Of a stretch of DNA of 44,256 nucleotides, positions 1 through 9,670 are shown piece by piece; position 1 is the stretch's first letter; each line of letters opens with the position of its first letter. A program made the translations under genes and the position numbers. The stretch is taken from NCBI GenBank assembly GCA_035438805.1, contig DAORJA010000001.1, forward strand, positions 1 through 44,256, in the 5' to 3' direction. This DNA comes from Candidatus Magasanikiibacteriota bacterium. GTDB lineage: Bacteria; Patescibacteriota; Patescibacteriia; Magasanikbacterales; UBA922. The notes under the pieces are model-generated. The model had not been told where the DNA came from, made no database searches, and saw only the letters and a list, made by a program, of their open reading frames with translations.

Positions 1-1231
1 AACGTCCTGAGTAGTCAACACGTTTTCCAAGCAAGTTCTGACGGAAACGTCCCTGTTTTCCTTTCAAAATGTCAGCAAGTGATCGGAGTTGACGTTTCTG
101 TCCAGTTGATGCGCGGACTGTTTTTGAAGCTCTCGCACTATTGTCGATCAATGCGTCGACCGCTTCCTGTAACATGCGTTTTTCATTTCTGCAGATTACT
201 TCAGGTGCATTAAGTTCAACCAAACGTCTCAAACGGTTGTTGCGGTTGATTACACGACGATAGAGGTCATTCAAATCAGAAGTTGCAAATCGTCCTCCAT
301 CGAGTGCTACCATTGGGCGCAAATCTGGTGGAATAACAGGAATCGCAGTCATGATCATCCACTCTGGGCGGATATCATTCTTATTCAGACTCTTCAATAA
401 TTTTACACGGCGGATCAATCGTTCGCGTTTTGCTCCTTTACTCTTAAGGATTTCTGCTTCAAGTCGGACAATGGTCTCTGGGAGATTGAGTCTTTCAAGA
501 AGCCCACGAATTGCTCCAGCTCCGATACTCGCTTCAAACAAGTGACCGTAGCGGATTGAGAGTTCCTGATAATATGCTTCTGAAATAATATTCATGACTG
601 AAATATCTTTCAATTCAGACTCAGCTGATTTGAAATCTTCTTCAAGGGATTCAAGTTTTCGGTCACGTTCTTCTTCCATTTCTTTCTTTACGCTCTTTTC
701 AGCTCCCTCAAGCTTCTTTGCAGCTTCTGTTTCAATCTGCTTTTTCTTTGTTTTATATTCTTTTTTCAATGCTTCAACAGTTTCTGCTTTTTCTGCCTCT
801 TCAACATGTGTGATAACAAAAGACGCAAAGTAAATTACTTTTTCAAGTGACTGGATTGAGAGGTCAAGTACAAGACCAATACGTGAAGGAATAGTTCGGA
901 GGAACCAAATATGAGAAACAGGAGCTGCAAGCTCAATATGACCCATACGTTCGCGGCGCACCAATGAATGTGTAACTTCTACACCACATTTGTCACACAC
1001 GATTCCTTTATATCTGATTTTTTTGTATTTTCCACAATAACATTCCCAATCTTTGGTAGGTCCGAAAATTTCTTCAGCAAAAAGCCCACCTTTTTCAGGC
1101 TTTTGCGTACGATAATTAATGGTTTCTGGTTTATAAACTTCTCCGTATGACCATTTACGGATTACTTCGGGAGAAGCGACCTTCAGACGCAAAGCGTCGA
1201 AGTTCATGGTATGTAGTATATCGCGTGACAT
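1..1231 (-). CDS. rpoC: DNA-directed RNA polymerase subunit beta' (N-terminal part; 3' end runs off the window)
   Basis: Absent from the supplied ORF track because it is open at the window edge. My reverse-complement translation from the ATG at 1231..1229 reads [90 protein letters not shown] (zinc-binding Cys cluster). Further on it reads [36 protein letters not shown]. Both are RpoC hallmarks. It lies 45 nt downstream of rpoB. Confidence 0.93.
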   Translation of the reverse strand, partial: MSRDILHTMNFDALRLKVASPEVIRKWSYGEVYKPETINYRTQKPEKGGLFAEEIFGPTKDWECYCGKYKKIRYKGIVCDKCGVEVTHSLVRRERMGHIELAAPVSHIWFLRTIPSRIGLVLDLSIQSLEKVIYFASFVITHVEEAEKAETVEALKKEYKTKKKQIETEAAKKLEGAEKSVKKEMEEERDRKLESLEEDFKSAESELKDISVMNIISEAYYQELSIRYGHLFEASIGAGAIRGLLERLNLPETIVRLEAEILKSKGAKRERLIRRVKLLKSLNKNDIRPEWMIMTAIPVIPPDLRPMVALDGGRFATSDLNDLYRRVINRNNRLRRLVELNAPEVICRNEKRMLQEAVDALIDNSARASKTVRASTGQKRQLRSLADILKGKQGRFRQNLLGKRVDYSGR

Positions 1232-1275
1232 ATAGAAGTGTATGGGTTTAAGAGTTTAGGAGTTAGACGGGAGTG

Positions 1276-4200
1276 TTATTCAGTAGCTTTTTCTCTTTTT
1301 GTTTCATCATTTTCAAGTCCTGCTCCATAATCTCTCGCTCTCATATCACGATGTTCTCGTACTATTTCTTCTGCTGGTGAGTAACTTCCATTTTCTTCTT
1401 TCTTCAAAAGCTCCACATCGAGTGCAAGACCCTTCATTTCACGAACCAATACGTTGAATGATTCAGGAAGGTTGATCTTCGTGATCGGCTCACCTTTGAT
1501 GATTGCTTCGTATGCTTTAGCACGTCCTGGTACATCATCTGATTTGATGGTCAAAATTTCCTGGAGTGTATGCGCGGCACCGTATGCTTCAAGTGCCCAT
1601 ACTTCCATTTCTCCAAAGCGCTGTCCTCCGAATTGAGCTTTACCTCCGAGCGGCTGCTGGGTGATAAGACTGTACGGACCGATTGAACGCTGGTGGATTT
1701 TATCTTCGACCATGTGGTTCAACTTCAACATGTAATTGTATCCAACAGTTGTTTTGTGTTCGTATGGTTCACCATTTCGTCCATCATATAGCTGTAATTT
1801 TCCATCTACTGGGAATCCAGCTTTAGTAAGCTCTTCTTCGATCTGAACTTCAGTAATACCATTTAATACAGGAGTTGCTGCTTTGTATCCAAGTGCATTT
1901 GCAGCAAGACCCAAGTGGTTCTCAAGAAGCTGACCCAAGTTCATACGTGAAATAACACCCAATGGAGAGAGGATAATGTCTACTGGAGTTCCGTCTTCCA
2001 AAAATGGCATGTCTTCTGCAGGCACCACACGTGAGATCACACCTTTGTTTCCGTGGCGACCTGCCATCTTGTCTCCCACTTGGATTTTTCTCATATCAGC
2101 AACGGTGACCTGAACCTGTTTGATCACACCTGGTTGCAATTTGTCTCCAGCCTCTGCTGAGAAGATTTTTACATCAATTACTTTTCCTTGCTCACCATGT
2201 TCAAGATACAATGATGAGTCTCGAACATCACGAGCTTTTTCTCCGAAAATTGCACGAAGCAACCGTTCTTCCGGGGTCAATTCAGTTTCTCCTTTTGGTG
2301 TAATTTTTCCGACCAAAATGTCACCTGAATGAACTTCAGCTCCGATACGCACAATACCTTCTGAATCAAGATTTCGAAGTTTTTCTTCACTTACATTTGG
2401 AATATCATTCGTAATTACTTCTTCTCCAAGTTTGGTTTCACGTACATCAATCGTGTAATCCTCAATATGAATAGAGGTATATCGGTCATCTTTTACCAAA
2501 CGGTCAGAAATAATCACCGCGTCTTCGTAGTTGAATCCATCCCATACCATGTACGCTACGAGTACGTTTTGTCCGAGAGCAAGTTCTCCATCTTTAATAC
2601 TTGGACCATCACTCATAGGTTGGCCTTTTTTCACTTTTTGTCCCAATACTACAGTTGGTTTCTGATTGATACAACTTGAAGCGTTTGAGCGGAGGAATTT
2701 TCCAATATCCCAGCGATATAGTTTTCCTTTTTTATCAGTAAATTCAATTCTACCTCCATCAACATAGGTTATTTCTCCATCACTTGGAGCTTTGATCACA
2801 TACCCACTGTTCTCTGCAGCAGCTTTTTCAACCCCAGTTCCAACAAGTGGAGGTTCTGGTTTGATACAAGGCACAGCTTGGCGCTGCATGTTTGTTCCCA
2901 TGAGGGCACGGGTCGCATCATCGTGTTCAAGGAATGGGATAATACTTGTAGCGAGTGACAAAATCTGGTTTGACGCAACATCAAGATATTGAATACTTGA
3001 AACTTCAGTAACCTGCGCTTCACCGTGTACACGAGCTGGAGTTTTTTCATCAAGGAAATACCCTCGATCATCCATTCGAGTTGTTGCACTCGCTGTTACT
3101 GAGCGCTCTTCTTGGAATGAGTTCAAATATACGATCTCATCAGTGACGCGTGGTTTAATTTTAATTGTTTTATGTTCTTTGCTTCCTTCCAATTTCTTTG
3201 CAATTGCCGCAGTAATTTCTTCTCCTGCTTTAACAACACCTGCAATTGTTTCTAATGCAAATTCACCTTCAGTAAATTTCGCTGTATTCTCTACTTCATG
3301 CAGTACTTTTCGATATGGAGTTTCAAGAAATCCAAAAGCATTTACTTTGGCATATGTAGACAAATGTCCTACCAAACCAATGTTTGGTCCTTCAGGAGTT
3401 GCAATCGGACAAATACGTCCATAGTGGGTACGGTGTACGTCACGAACTTCGAATCCTGCTCGATCACGAGACAAACCACCAGGACCGAGTGCTGACACGC
3501 GGCGTTTGTTCTCAAGTTCAGCCAATGGATTTACCTGGTCCATGAATTGTGAAAGCTGTGAACTCATGAAGAATTCACGGATAACTGAAATTACTGGTCT
3601 CGCATTGATCAGTTTATTTGGAGCGATGGTATCAACTTCCATAGTACTCATGCGGTCTTTTGCAATACGCTCCATACGAGCAAGACCGATGCGGAATCGG
3701 TTCTGAACCAATTCCCCTACCCCTCTTACACGACGATTTCCCAAATGATCGATATCATCTGGTTCTTCTTGCGTTACATTAAGACGGATAACTTCTTTTA
3801 ATACACGAAGTAATTTTTCAGGTGAAAGTACACGTTCTTCTTTGGAATCGTATGCACTCTCTGATAATCCTAAATCAAATTTTGTATCGAATTTGTATAC
3901 ACCCACTTTACCCAAATCATAGCGATCGAAATTGAAGAACATCGCATGAATAAGACTTCGAGCGTTTTCAGCAGTTGCCAAATCTCCTGGACGAATTCTT
4001 CGATATACTTCGATCAATCCGTCTTCTTCACTTTTTGCAGTATCTTTTTTCAAGGTTGCGTCAACGTAGTCAATGTTTGGATGCGTATTAACGTCAGCAA
4101 ATAATTCTTTAATTTTTTCGTCATCTGAGTATCCAAAGGCGCGAAGAAGTGAGGTTGCAGCAACTTTTCGTTTGCGATCAACCTTAATCCACAACACATT

Positions 4201-4749
4201 GTTCTGGTCGGTTTCAATTTCTATCCATGCTCCACGGTTTGGAATAATTTTTGCTCCGTAAAATCGTCTGCCGCGTACCACTTCTGCAGTAAAAAATGCA
4301 CCAGCACTTCTAATAAGCTGAGATACAATAACACGTTCAATTCCATTAATCATGAATGTTCCCCGTGCAGTCATGAGTGGTACGTCTCCCAAATAAATTT
4401 CTTGTTTGTCTGATTTACCTGTACGTTTGTTGTGCATTCGTACATTGATACGAAGTGGTGCTTCGTAGGTGATATTCTTGTTTCGGCAAGTCACCTCATC
4501 AAATTTTGGTTCATCAAGATAATATTCTTCAAAATAAAGCTCGAGGTCCCGACCAGTAAAGTCAGTAATTGGAGAAAGTTCGTCAAATAGTTCACGAAGT
4601 CCTTCTTTAAAGAACCAATCGTACGAATTTTTCTGTACTTCAATCAAATCAGGAGCAGTGATCGCATCTCGTAATTTGGTAAAAAATTTCCGTTCGTTTG
4701 TTTTTAGCGGCTGTCTTCGAAAGAGTGGTACCATACGTTGAATAAGCAT
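1276..4749 (-). CDS. rpoB: DNA-directed RNA polymerase subunit beta
   Basis: ORF 1276..4824(-). I trim the start to the ATG at 4749 (MLIQRMVPLFRR...); 4734 is also possible. The 25 upstream codons (MKKEFFCCLTYQ...) are not RpoB-like. Hallmark motifs: NMQRQAVP, GDKMAGRHGNKGVISRV, FGEMEVWALEAYGAAHTLQE. Confidence 0.97.
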   Translation of the reverse strand: MLIQRMVPLFRRQPLKTNERKFFTKLRDAITAPDLIEVQKNSYDWFFKEGLRELFDELSPITDFTGRDLELYFEEYYLDEPKFDEVTCRNKNITYEAPLRINVRMHNKRTGKSDKQEIYLGDVPLMTARGTFMINGIERVIVSQLIRSAGAFFTAEVVRGRRFYGAKIIPNRGAWIEIETDQNNVLWIKVDRKRKVAATSLLRAFGYSDDEKIKELFADVNTHPNIDYVDATLKKDTAKSEEDGLIEVYRRIRPGDLATAENARSLIHAMFFNFDRYDLGKVGVYKFDTKFDLGLSESAYDSKEERVLSPEKLLRVLKEVIRLNVTQEEPDDIDHLGNRRVRGVGELVQNRFRIGLARMERIAKDRMSTMEVDTIAPNKLINARPVISVIREFFMSSQLSQFMDQVNPLAELENKRRVSALGPGGLSRDRAGFEVRDVHRTHYGRICPIATPEGPNIGLVGHLSTYAKVNAFGFLETPYRKVLHEVENTAKFTEGEFALETIAGVVKAGEEITAAIAKKLEGSKEHKTIKIKPRVTDEIVYLNSFQEERSVTASATTRMDDRGYFLDEKTPARVHGEAQVTEVSSIQYLDVASNQILSLATSIIPFLEHDDATRALMGTNMQRQAVPCIKPEPPLVGTGVEKAAAENSGYVIKAPSDGEITYVDGGRIEFTDKKGKLYRWDIGKFLRSNASSCINQKPTVVLGQKVKKGQPMSDGPSIKDGELALGQNVLVAYMVWDGFNYEDAVIISDRLVKDDRYTSIHIEDYTIDVRETKLGEEVITNDIPNVSEEKLRNLDSEGIVRIGAEVHSGDILVGKITPKGETELTPEERLLRAIFGEKARDVRDSSLYLEHGEQGKVIDVKIFSAEAGDKLQPGVIKQVQVTVADMRKIQVGDKMAGRHGNKGVISRVVPAEDMPFLEDGTPVDIILSPLGVISRMNLGQLLENHLGLAANALGYKAATPVLNGITEVQIEEELTKAGFPVDGKLQLYDGRNGEPYEHKTTVGYNYMLKLNHMVEDKIHQRSIGPYSLITQQPLGGKAQFGGQRFGEMEVWALEAYGAAHTLQEILTIKSDDVPGRAKAYEAIIKGEPITKINLPESFNVLVREMKGLALDVELLKKEENGSYSPAEEIVREHRDMRARDYGAGLENDETKREKATE

Positions 4750-5262
4750 GTTATGCGTCCGATCTAGGGGGTTCTGACCGGACGAGGGCTGGTAAGTAAG
4801 ACAACAAAAAAATTCCTTTTTCAAAGGATCTTCAATTGCTTGTTAATTGTAGATATGGAATCGAGGCATGGGATAAATCCGGATAATTCGCCCGCAGCTT
4901 GACGCCACAGAGCGAGAAGACCAGAAAACAGTCTCTTTTTTCCTGTAAACGTAATGCGTGTAGGATACCTGAAACCAATAGAACTGTCAAATGAGAACAC
5001 CTGTGTAAATTATTGTCAAGAAACCGCATATTTTGGCTAAAAAAAGAGCAATAAGCGCCCTATTTATCCCCCATATACCTACCTTTGTCCCCAAAGTTAT
5101 CCACAAATCTCTTAATTTAGCCAAATTATACACAGTTATACCACCTGATTTCTGTTTAAACTCCGTAAGAGTCTAAAAATATGGTACAATATGGTCTTAG
5201 ATTGTACACAAACTCAGCATTTTTACGTTTTTATCTACGACTGTAACCTAACCATCCTCTCT

Positions 5263-7668
5263 ATGCCTCGAGGTAGACGCCAGGAACGTACCTTTGATCC
5301 TACCCTCTCAGACGGAGTTATAGCGGTTTTATTCCTCATACTTACAGCTATCGTTACTCTTAGCTTTTTTGGGCGAGCTGGAGTTGTTGGAACCATTCTC
5401 AATGAATATGTTTTGAGTTTCTTATTTGGAAACTTACGCTATATTACACCTATCATTCTTATTACCTGTGCCTGGTATCTGATCCGTGAAAAAAAAGAGG
5501 ATGAACCACGGCGTGGCCTACACGTACTAGGATATATACTGTTTTTTGTTTCATCGGCAAGCTTGCTCCATATGAAATTTTCCGCTCCAGATATGTGGAG
5601 AGAGGCGCTTGCAGGTGCTGGAGGTGGAGTTGCAGGTATGCTTGCGTATCCTCTATCTGCCTACCTCGGAGGTGTTGCAAGTTACATTATCCTTGCAGGA
5701 TTAGCCTTAATCTCTGTATTTTTTATTTTTGAACGAGCGCTACAATTGTTTATTTCCTTGCTTCGGAAAATTTTTAGTTCAACAGGAAATGCAGCGAGTG
5801 CTACCTTCTCACGCGTACGAAATGGCCAAAACGTAAAAATAAAAGGCGCCTACGATGAATTTGAGGATGAAGATGCGACTGAAGAAGAGGAAGAAGATGG
5901 TGAAGAACGCGAAACCACAAGCTCTTTTGCAGCACGTTCTTTGAAAAAAACTGACGAAGAGAGTGAAGAAGACGTTGAAGCAGTTACTGAAGAACATACT
6001 TCTGAGGAAGAAGAGGAAGAGCCAGAAGAAGAAAAATCATCAGGAGATGTGTGGAGTAAGCGGGTAATTATCAAAAACTTACCACCTGTCGATATTTTGA
6101 TTGATAAAAAAAGTAAACCCACGAGTGGAGACATTAAAGGAAATGCGGAAACGATTAGAAGCACGCTCGGAGAATTTGGAATTGATGTAGATATGGGTGA
6201 AATACGCGTAGGTCCAACGGTTACACAATATTCTCTCAAACCTTCAAAAGGTGTGAAACTTTCACGTATCACCGCACTCTCAAATGACTTAGCCCTTGCC
6301 CTCGCTGCACATCCCATTCGTATTGAAGCACCTATCCCAGGACAAGCTTTGGTTGGAATTGAAGTTCCAAATCAAAAAACTGCAATGGTTTCTTTCCGCG
6401 AATTACTTGAATCGAAAGAATTCAAACATCGCCCGCACAATCTCTCAATTGCACTTGGTAAGGATGTTGCGGGAAAAGTGTGGTTTGCTGATTTGCCTCG
6501 CATGCCTCATCTTCTTATTGCTGGGGCCACCGGTTCTGGAAAAACTGTGTGTGTAAATACGATTATCATGAGTTTACTTTTTGAAAATACCGCAGAAACT
6601 CTGCGTATGATCATGGTAGATCCTAAACGTGTTGAGTTGACTCTCTACAATGGTATTCCACATCTTTTGACTCCCGTGATTACTAATACTCAACAGACTA
6701 TTAATGCGCTCAAATGGTCAATCGGAGAAATGGAAAGACGATTTGAACTCCTCGCAAGCGCTGGCTCTCGCGATATTACTTCCTATAATGCAAAACATCC
6801 TGACAATAAAATCCCTCATATTGTATTTATTATTGATGAACTTGCAGATCTCATGGCAACAGCTGCAAATGAAATTGAAGCTGGTATAATACGCCTTGCT
6901 CAAATGGCGCGTGCAGTTGGAATTCATCTCGTAGTTGCTACTCAGCGACCAAGTGTTGATGTCATCACTGGACTTATGAAAGCAAACATTCCAGGTCGTA
7001 TTGCCTTCTCAGTCGCTTCTCTTATTGATTCCCGCACGATCCTTGATTGCCCCGGGGCCGAAAAACTTATTGGCCGTGGAGATATGTTATATTTGACCGC
7101 TGAACTCGGAAAACCCGTACGTATCCAGGGTGCCTTTATTTCTGAAGAAGAGATGAAAGACGTAGTAGATTATCTTCGAGGAGATGAAGAGCCTGAGTAT
7201 GATGAAAGTATTATCTCACAACAAAAATCTGGCACCATGAGTCTATTCGGTGGACCTAGTGATGATAAGGATCCCCTATTTGAAGATGCAAAGCGTGAAA
7301 TTGTTACTACAGGCAAAGCAAGCTCCTCACTGCTTCAAAGAAGACTCAAAGTCGGATACGCAAGAGCTGCGCGTCTGATGGACGAACTTGAAGAAGCAGG
7401 TGTCATTGGCCCAGGTTCAGGTGCTAAACCACGTGAAATACTTATGACAAAAGACCAGCTTCATGGTACAATTGATGCTGGTGCAAAACTTAACGTGTTC
7501 AAAGCTCCAACATCTGCTCCTCAAATTGATGATGAAATTGATGAAACTGTTGATGAGGAAGTTTCATCAGAAGAAAATGAACCTGTAGAAGAAGAACTGA
7601 GTGATTTTAATGACTCAACAAAACCTGACGATCAGGAAGATGAAAACACAGAGCGCACGCCATTCTAA
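5263..7668 (+). CDS. ftsK: DNA translocase FtsK/SpoIIIE
   Basis: ORF 5191..7668. The likely start is MPRGRRQ at 5263, downstream of an extended -10-like TGGTACAAT at 5181..5189. It has N-terminal TM helices, an acidic linker, Walker A GATGSGKT, Walker B IVFIIDELADLM and a gamma winged helix (SSSLLQRRLKVGYARAARLMDELEEAGVIG). Confidence 0.93.
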   Translation: MPRGRRQERTFDPTLSDGVIAVLFLILTAIVTLSFFGRAGVVGTILNEYVLSFLFGNLRYITPIILITCAWYLIREKKEDEPRRGLHVLGYILFFVSSASLLHMKFSAPDMWREALAGAGGGVAGMLAYPLSAYLGGVASYIILAGLALISVFFIFERALQLFISLLRKIFSSTGNAASATFSRVRNGQNVKIKGAYDEFEDEDATEEEEEDGEERETTSSFAARSLKKTDEESEEDVEAVTEEHTSEEEEEEPEEEKSSGDVWSKRVIIKNLPPVDILIDKKSKPTSGDIKGNAETIRSTLGEFGIDVDMGEIRVGPTVTQYSLKPSKGVKLSRITALSNDLALALAAHPIRIEAPIPGQALVGIEVPNQKTAMVSFRELLESKEFKHRPHNLSIALGKDVAGKVWFADLPRMPHLLIAGATGSGKTVCVNTIIMSLLFENTAETLRMIMVDPKRVELTLYNGIPHLLTPVITNTQQTINALKWSIGEMERRFELLASAGSRDITSYNAKHPDNKIPHIVFIIDELADLMATAANEIEAGIIRLAQMARAVGIHLVVATQRPSVDVITGLMKANIPGRIAFSVASLIDSRTILDCPGAEKLIGRGDMLYLTAELGKPVRIQGAFISEEEMKDVVDYLRGDEEPEYDESIISQQKSGTMSLFGGPSDDKDPLFEDAKREIVTTGKASSSLLQRRLKVGYARAARLMDELEEAGVIGPGSGAKPREILMTKDQLHGTIDAGAKLNVFKAPTSAPQIDDEIDETVDEEVSSEENEPVEEELSDFNDSTKPDDQEDENTERTPF

Positions 7669-7718
7669 AAAACTTTTTTCCACCCGCGCTACACTGGTGT
7701 AGTAGGCAGGCTGGTTTC

Positions 7719-8435
7719 ATGGACTTTCCTATATTTCACCCTATGGCTTTTCAAAAAAAAGATGTTATTCCAGCTCCACGGGTATGTACACGCCTTAAAT
7801 CTCTCCGTGAAAGTACAGGGGTATCACTTGAGGAACTTGCGGACAAAACAAAAATTAATCGAGCATACCTTGAGGCGCTTGAGGGATGCGATTTTTCAAA
7901 GCTTAATATTTCTTCTCTCTATCTCAAAAACTTTATCAAAAAATATGTTCAGACTCTGGGCAGTGATCCACGTCCATATCTTGACCAATTTGCTGATGAA
8001 GAAGTCTCTCCTCGAAAAGAAAAGCTTAAAGTTACTGCTCCTAGCCAACATCGCCATATATTTCAATTGAGCGACATCCCAAATGCAATTCGTTTTGCTG
8101 TGCTTGGACTTATTGTTGTAGGGTTATTCTCATATCTTGGACTTCATGTACACAATATTCTTAAACCTCCACATCTCCTTGTTGCCAATCCGACTGACGG
8201 TTTTATTTCAAAAGAAAATAACATTGTAATTACTGGCTCGACTGACCCTGAGACCAAAATCATGGTGAATGATGTACCAATATCGAATGATGAACAAGGA
8301 AATTTCTCAGAATCAATTACACTTACTCCTGGTATCAATACACTCACGATTAAAGCCGAGAACAAACATGGACGGGTAGCTAAGGATACTCGACATGTGA
8401 TCTACAAACACAATGATTCAGTGACACGAAAATAG
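7719..8435 (+). CDS. RodZ-like HTH membrane protein (N-terminal XRE-type HTH, one TM helix, C-terminal Ig-like beta domain)
   Basis: LKSLRESTGVSLEELADKTKINRAYLEALEGCDFSKL resembles the RodZ HTH_25 region. A TM helix (IRFAVLGLIVVGLFSYLGL) is followed by a beta-rich domain. The start could instead be the ATG at 7744. Confidence 0.6.
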   Translation: MDFPIFHPMAFQKKDVIPAPRVCTRLKSLRESTGVSLEELADKTKINRAYLEALEGCDFSKLNISSLYLKNFIKKYVQTLGSDPRPYLDQFADEEVSPRKEKLKVTAPSQHRHIFQLSDIPNAIRFAVLGLIVVGLFSYLGLHVHNILKPPHLLVANPTDGFISKENNIVITGSTDPETKIMVNDVPISNDEQGNFSESITLTPGINTLTIKAENKHGRVAKDTRHVIYKHNDSVTRK

Positions 8436-8537
8436 CTGTTTGACAGCTTCTATTCAAACGGGCTACACTTGATTGGAGAGTGCGACTCTCCTTTTAAAAT
8501 CCTCCTCACTTTAACAAACGTAAACACACAAAGACAT

Positions 8538-9608
8538 ATGGCAAAAAAAGCAGAGTTAAACCCAAAACTTGAGGCAGCAACAAGCGCAATCGATCAGATC
8601 AAACAAAAATATGGAGATAACTCCATTATGCGATTTGGTGAAGCGCGCGCTTCAGCTGTCGATGCTGTGTCAACCGGCTCAATCTCTCTAGACATTGCTC
8701 TCGGGGTCAAAGGAATGCCCCGTGGACGCATTATCGAGGTATTTGGACCAGAAGCCAGTGGAAAAACTACATTAGCACAACATGTCATTGCTGAAGTTCA
8801 AAAACAGGGTGGTATTGCAGCATTTATTGATGCAGAACATGCCCTTGATCCTGACTATGCCAGGAAAATCGGAGTAGACGTTAATAACCTCTTTATCTCA
8901 CAACCAGACACTGGAGAACAGGCGCTCGAAATTCTTGAGACACTGGTCCGATCAAATGCTGTAGACATCGTTGTTGTTGATTCAGTAGCAGCTCTTGTTC
9001 CAAAAGCTGAAATCGAAGGAGAAATGGGAGATTCCCACATGGGTCTCCAAGCCCGCCTTATGAGCCAGGCACTCCGCAAACTCACCGGTATTGTCAGTAA
9101 GACCAATACGATCATCATCTTTATCAACCAGACCCGTATGAAGATCGGTGTATTCTTTGGGAATCCTGAAACGACCACTGGAGGTAATGCGCTCAAATTC
9201 TATTCATCAGTCCGCGTCGAAGTTCGACGTGCAGCCCAGATCAAGCAGGGTGATAAAGTAATTGGAAACAGGGTAAAGGTAAAAATCGTCAAAAACAAAG
9301 TAGCAGCTCCATTCCGTACTACTGAATTTGATATCATGTATAACGAAGGAATTTCAGTGTCGGGCGACCTCATTGATACTGGTGTTCTACACCAGGTAAT
9401 TCACAAATCGGGAAATAGTTATTCATTTGGAGAAGAAAAACTTGGAGTAGGGCGTGAAAAAGCAAAACAGTTTTTGCGAGAAAATCCAAAACTCATGAAG
9501 CAGATTAGAGAGAGAATTTGGGAAGCAGTAGAGAGAGGTGAGGCGCCAGAAGAAAATCCTCCAATGCCAGGTGAACGAGAAGACAATGATGCATTGATGG
9601 AAGGATAA
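8538..9608 (+). CDS. recA: Recombinase RecA
   Basis: ORF 8469..9608, trimmed to [10 protein letters not shown] at 8538. Walker [10 protein letters not shown], then [11 protein letters not shown] and [14 protein letters not shown]. Confidence 0.97.
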   Translation: MAKKAELNPKLEAATSAIDQIKQKYGDNSIMRFGEARASAVDAVSTGSISLDIALGVKGMPRGRIIEVFGPEASGKTTLAQHVIAEVQKQGGIAAFIDAEHALDPDYARKIGVDVNNLFISQPDTGEQALEILETLVRSNAVDIVVVDSVAALVPKAEIEGEMGDSHMGLQARLMSQALRKLTGIVSKTNTIIIFINQTRMKIGVFFGNPETTTGGNALKFYSSVRVEVRRAAQIKQGDKVIGNRVKVKIVKNKVAAPFRTTEFDIMYNEGISVSGDLIDTGVLHQVIHKSGNSYSFGEEKLGVGREKAKQFLRENPKLMKQIRERIWEAVERGEAPEENPPMPGEREDNDALMEG

Positions 9609-9624
9609 GATTTGCCAATTACAT

Positions 9625-9658
9625 AAAAACCATCCTCCAAGTCGGAGGATGGTTTTTT
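9625..9658. terminator. Bidirectional intrinsic terminator between convergent recA and the SpoIID-like gene
   Basis: AAAAA-CCATCCTCC-aagtc-GGAGGATGG-TTTTTT: a 9-bp GC-rich stem flanked by an A-run and a T-run. Confidence 0.75.
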
Positions 9659-9670
9659 AATTTAGACATT

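Noticed and set aside
4750-4824. N-terminal extensions given by the ORF track (rpoB 4824, ftsK 5191, recA 8469, csp 19056, flippase 11633, MBL 39945, membrane protein 36595)
   Set aside because: In each case the extension is not family-like, while an internal ATG matches the conserved N-terminus. Several extensions overlap promoter-like elements.
4914-4941. Plus-strand terminator-like hairpin (GAGAAGAC...GTCTC plus T-run) in the rpoB leader region
   Set aside because: There is no plus-strand transcription unit upstream to terminate. The stem is short and bulged. On the relevant minus strand no T-run follows.
4832-5029. 65-aa ORF in the rpoB-ftsK spacer
   Set aside because: It has no start signals, an implausible composition, and overlaps the probable rpoB promoter and leader region.
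5850-6317. 155-aa Ser-rich ORF on the minus strand inside ftsK
   Set aside because: It is an antisense artefact of the GAA/GAG-rich acidic linker (TTC/CTC read as Ser/Phe/Leu), is low-complexity, and lies entirely within a confident gene.
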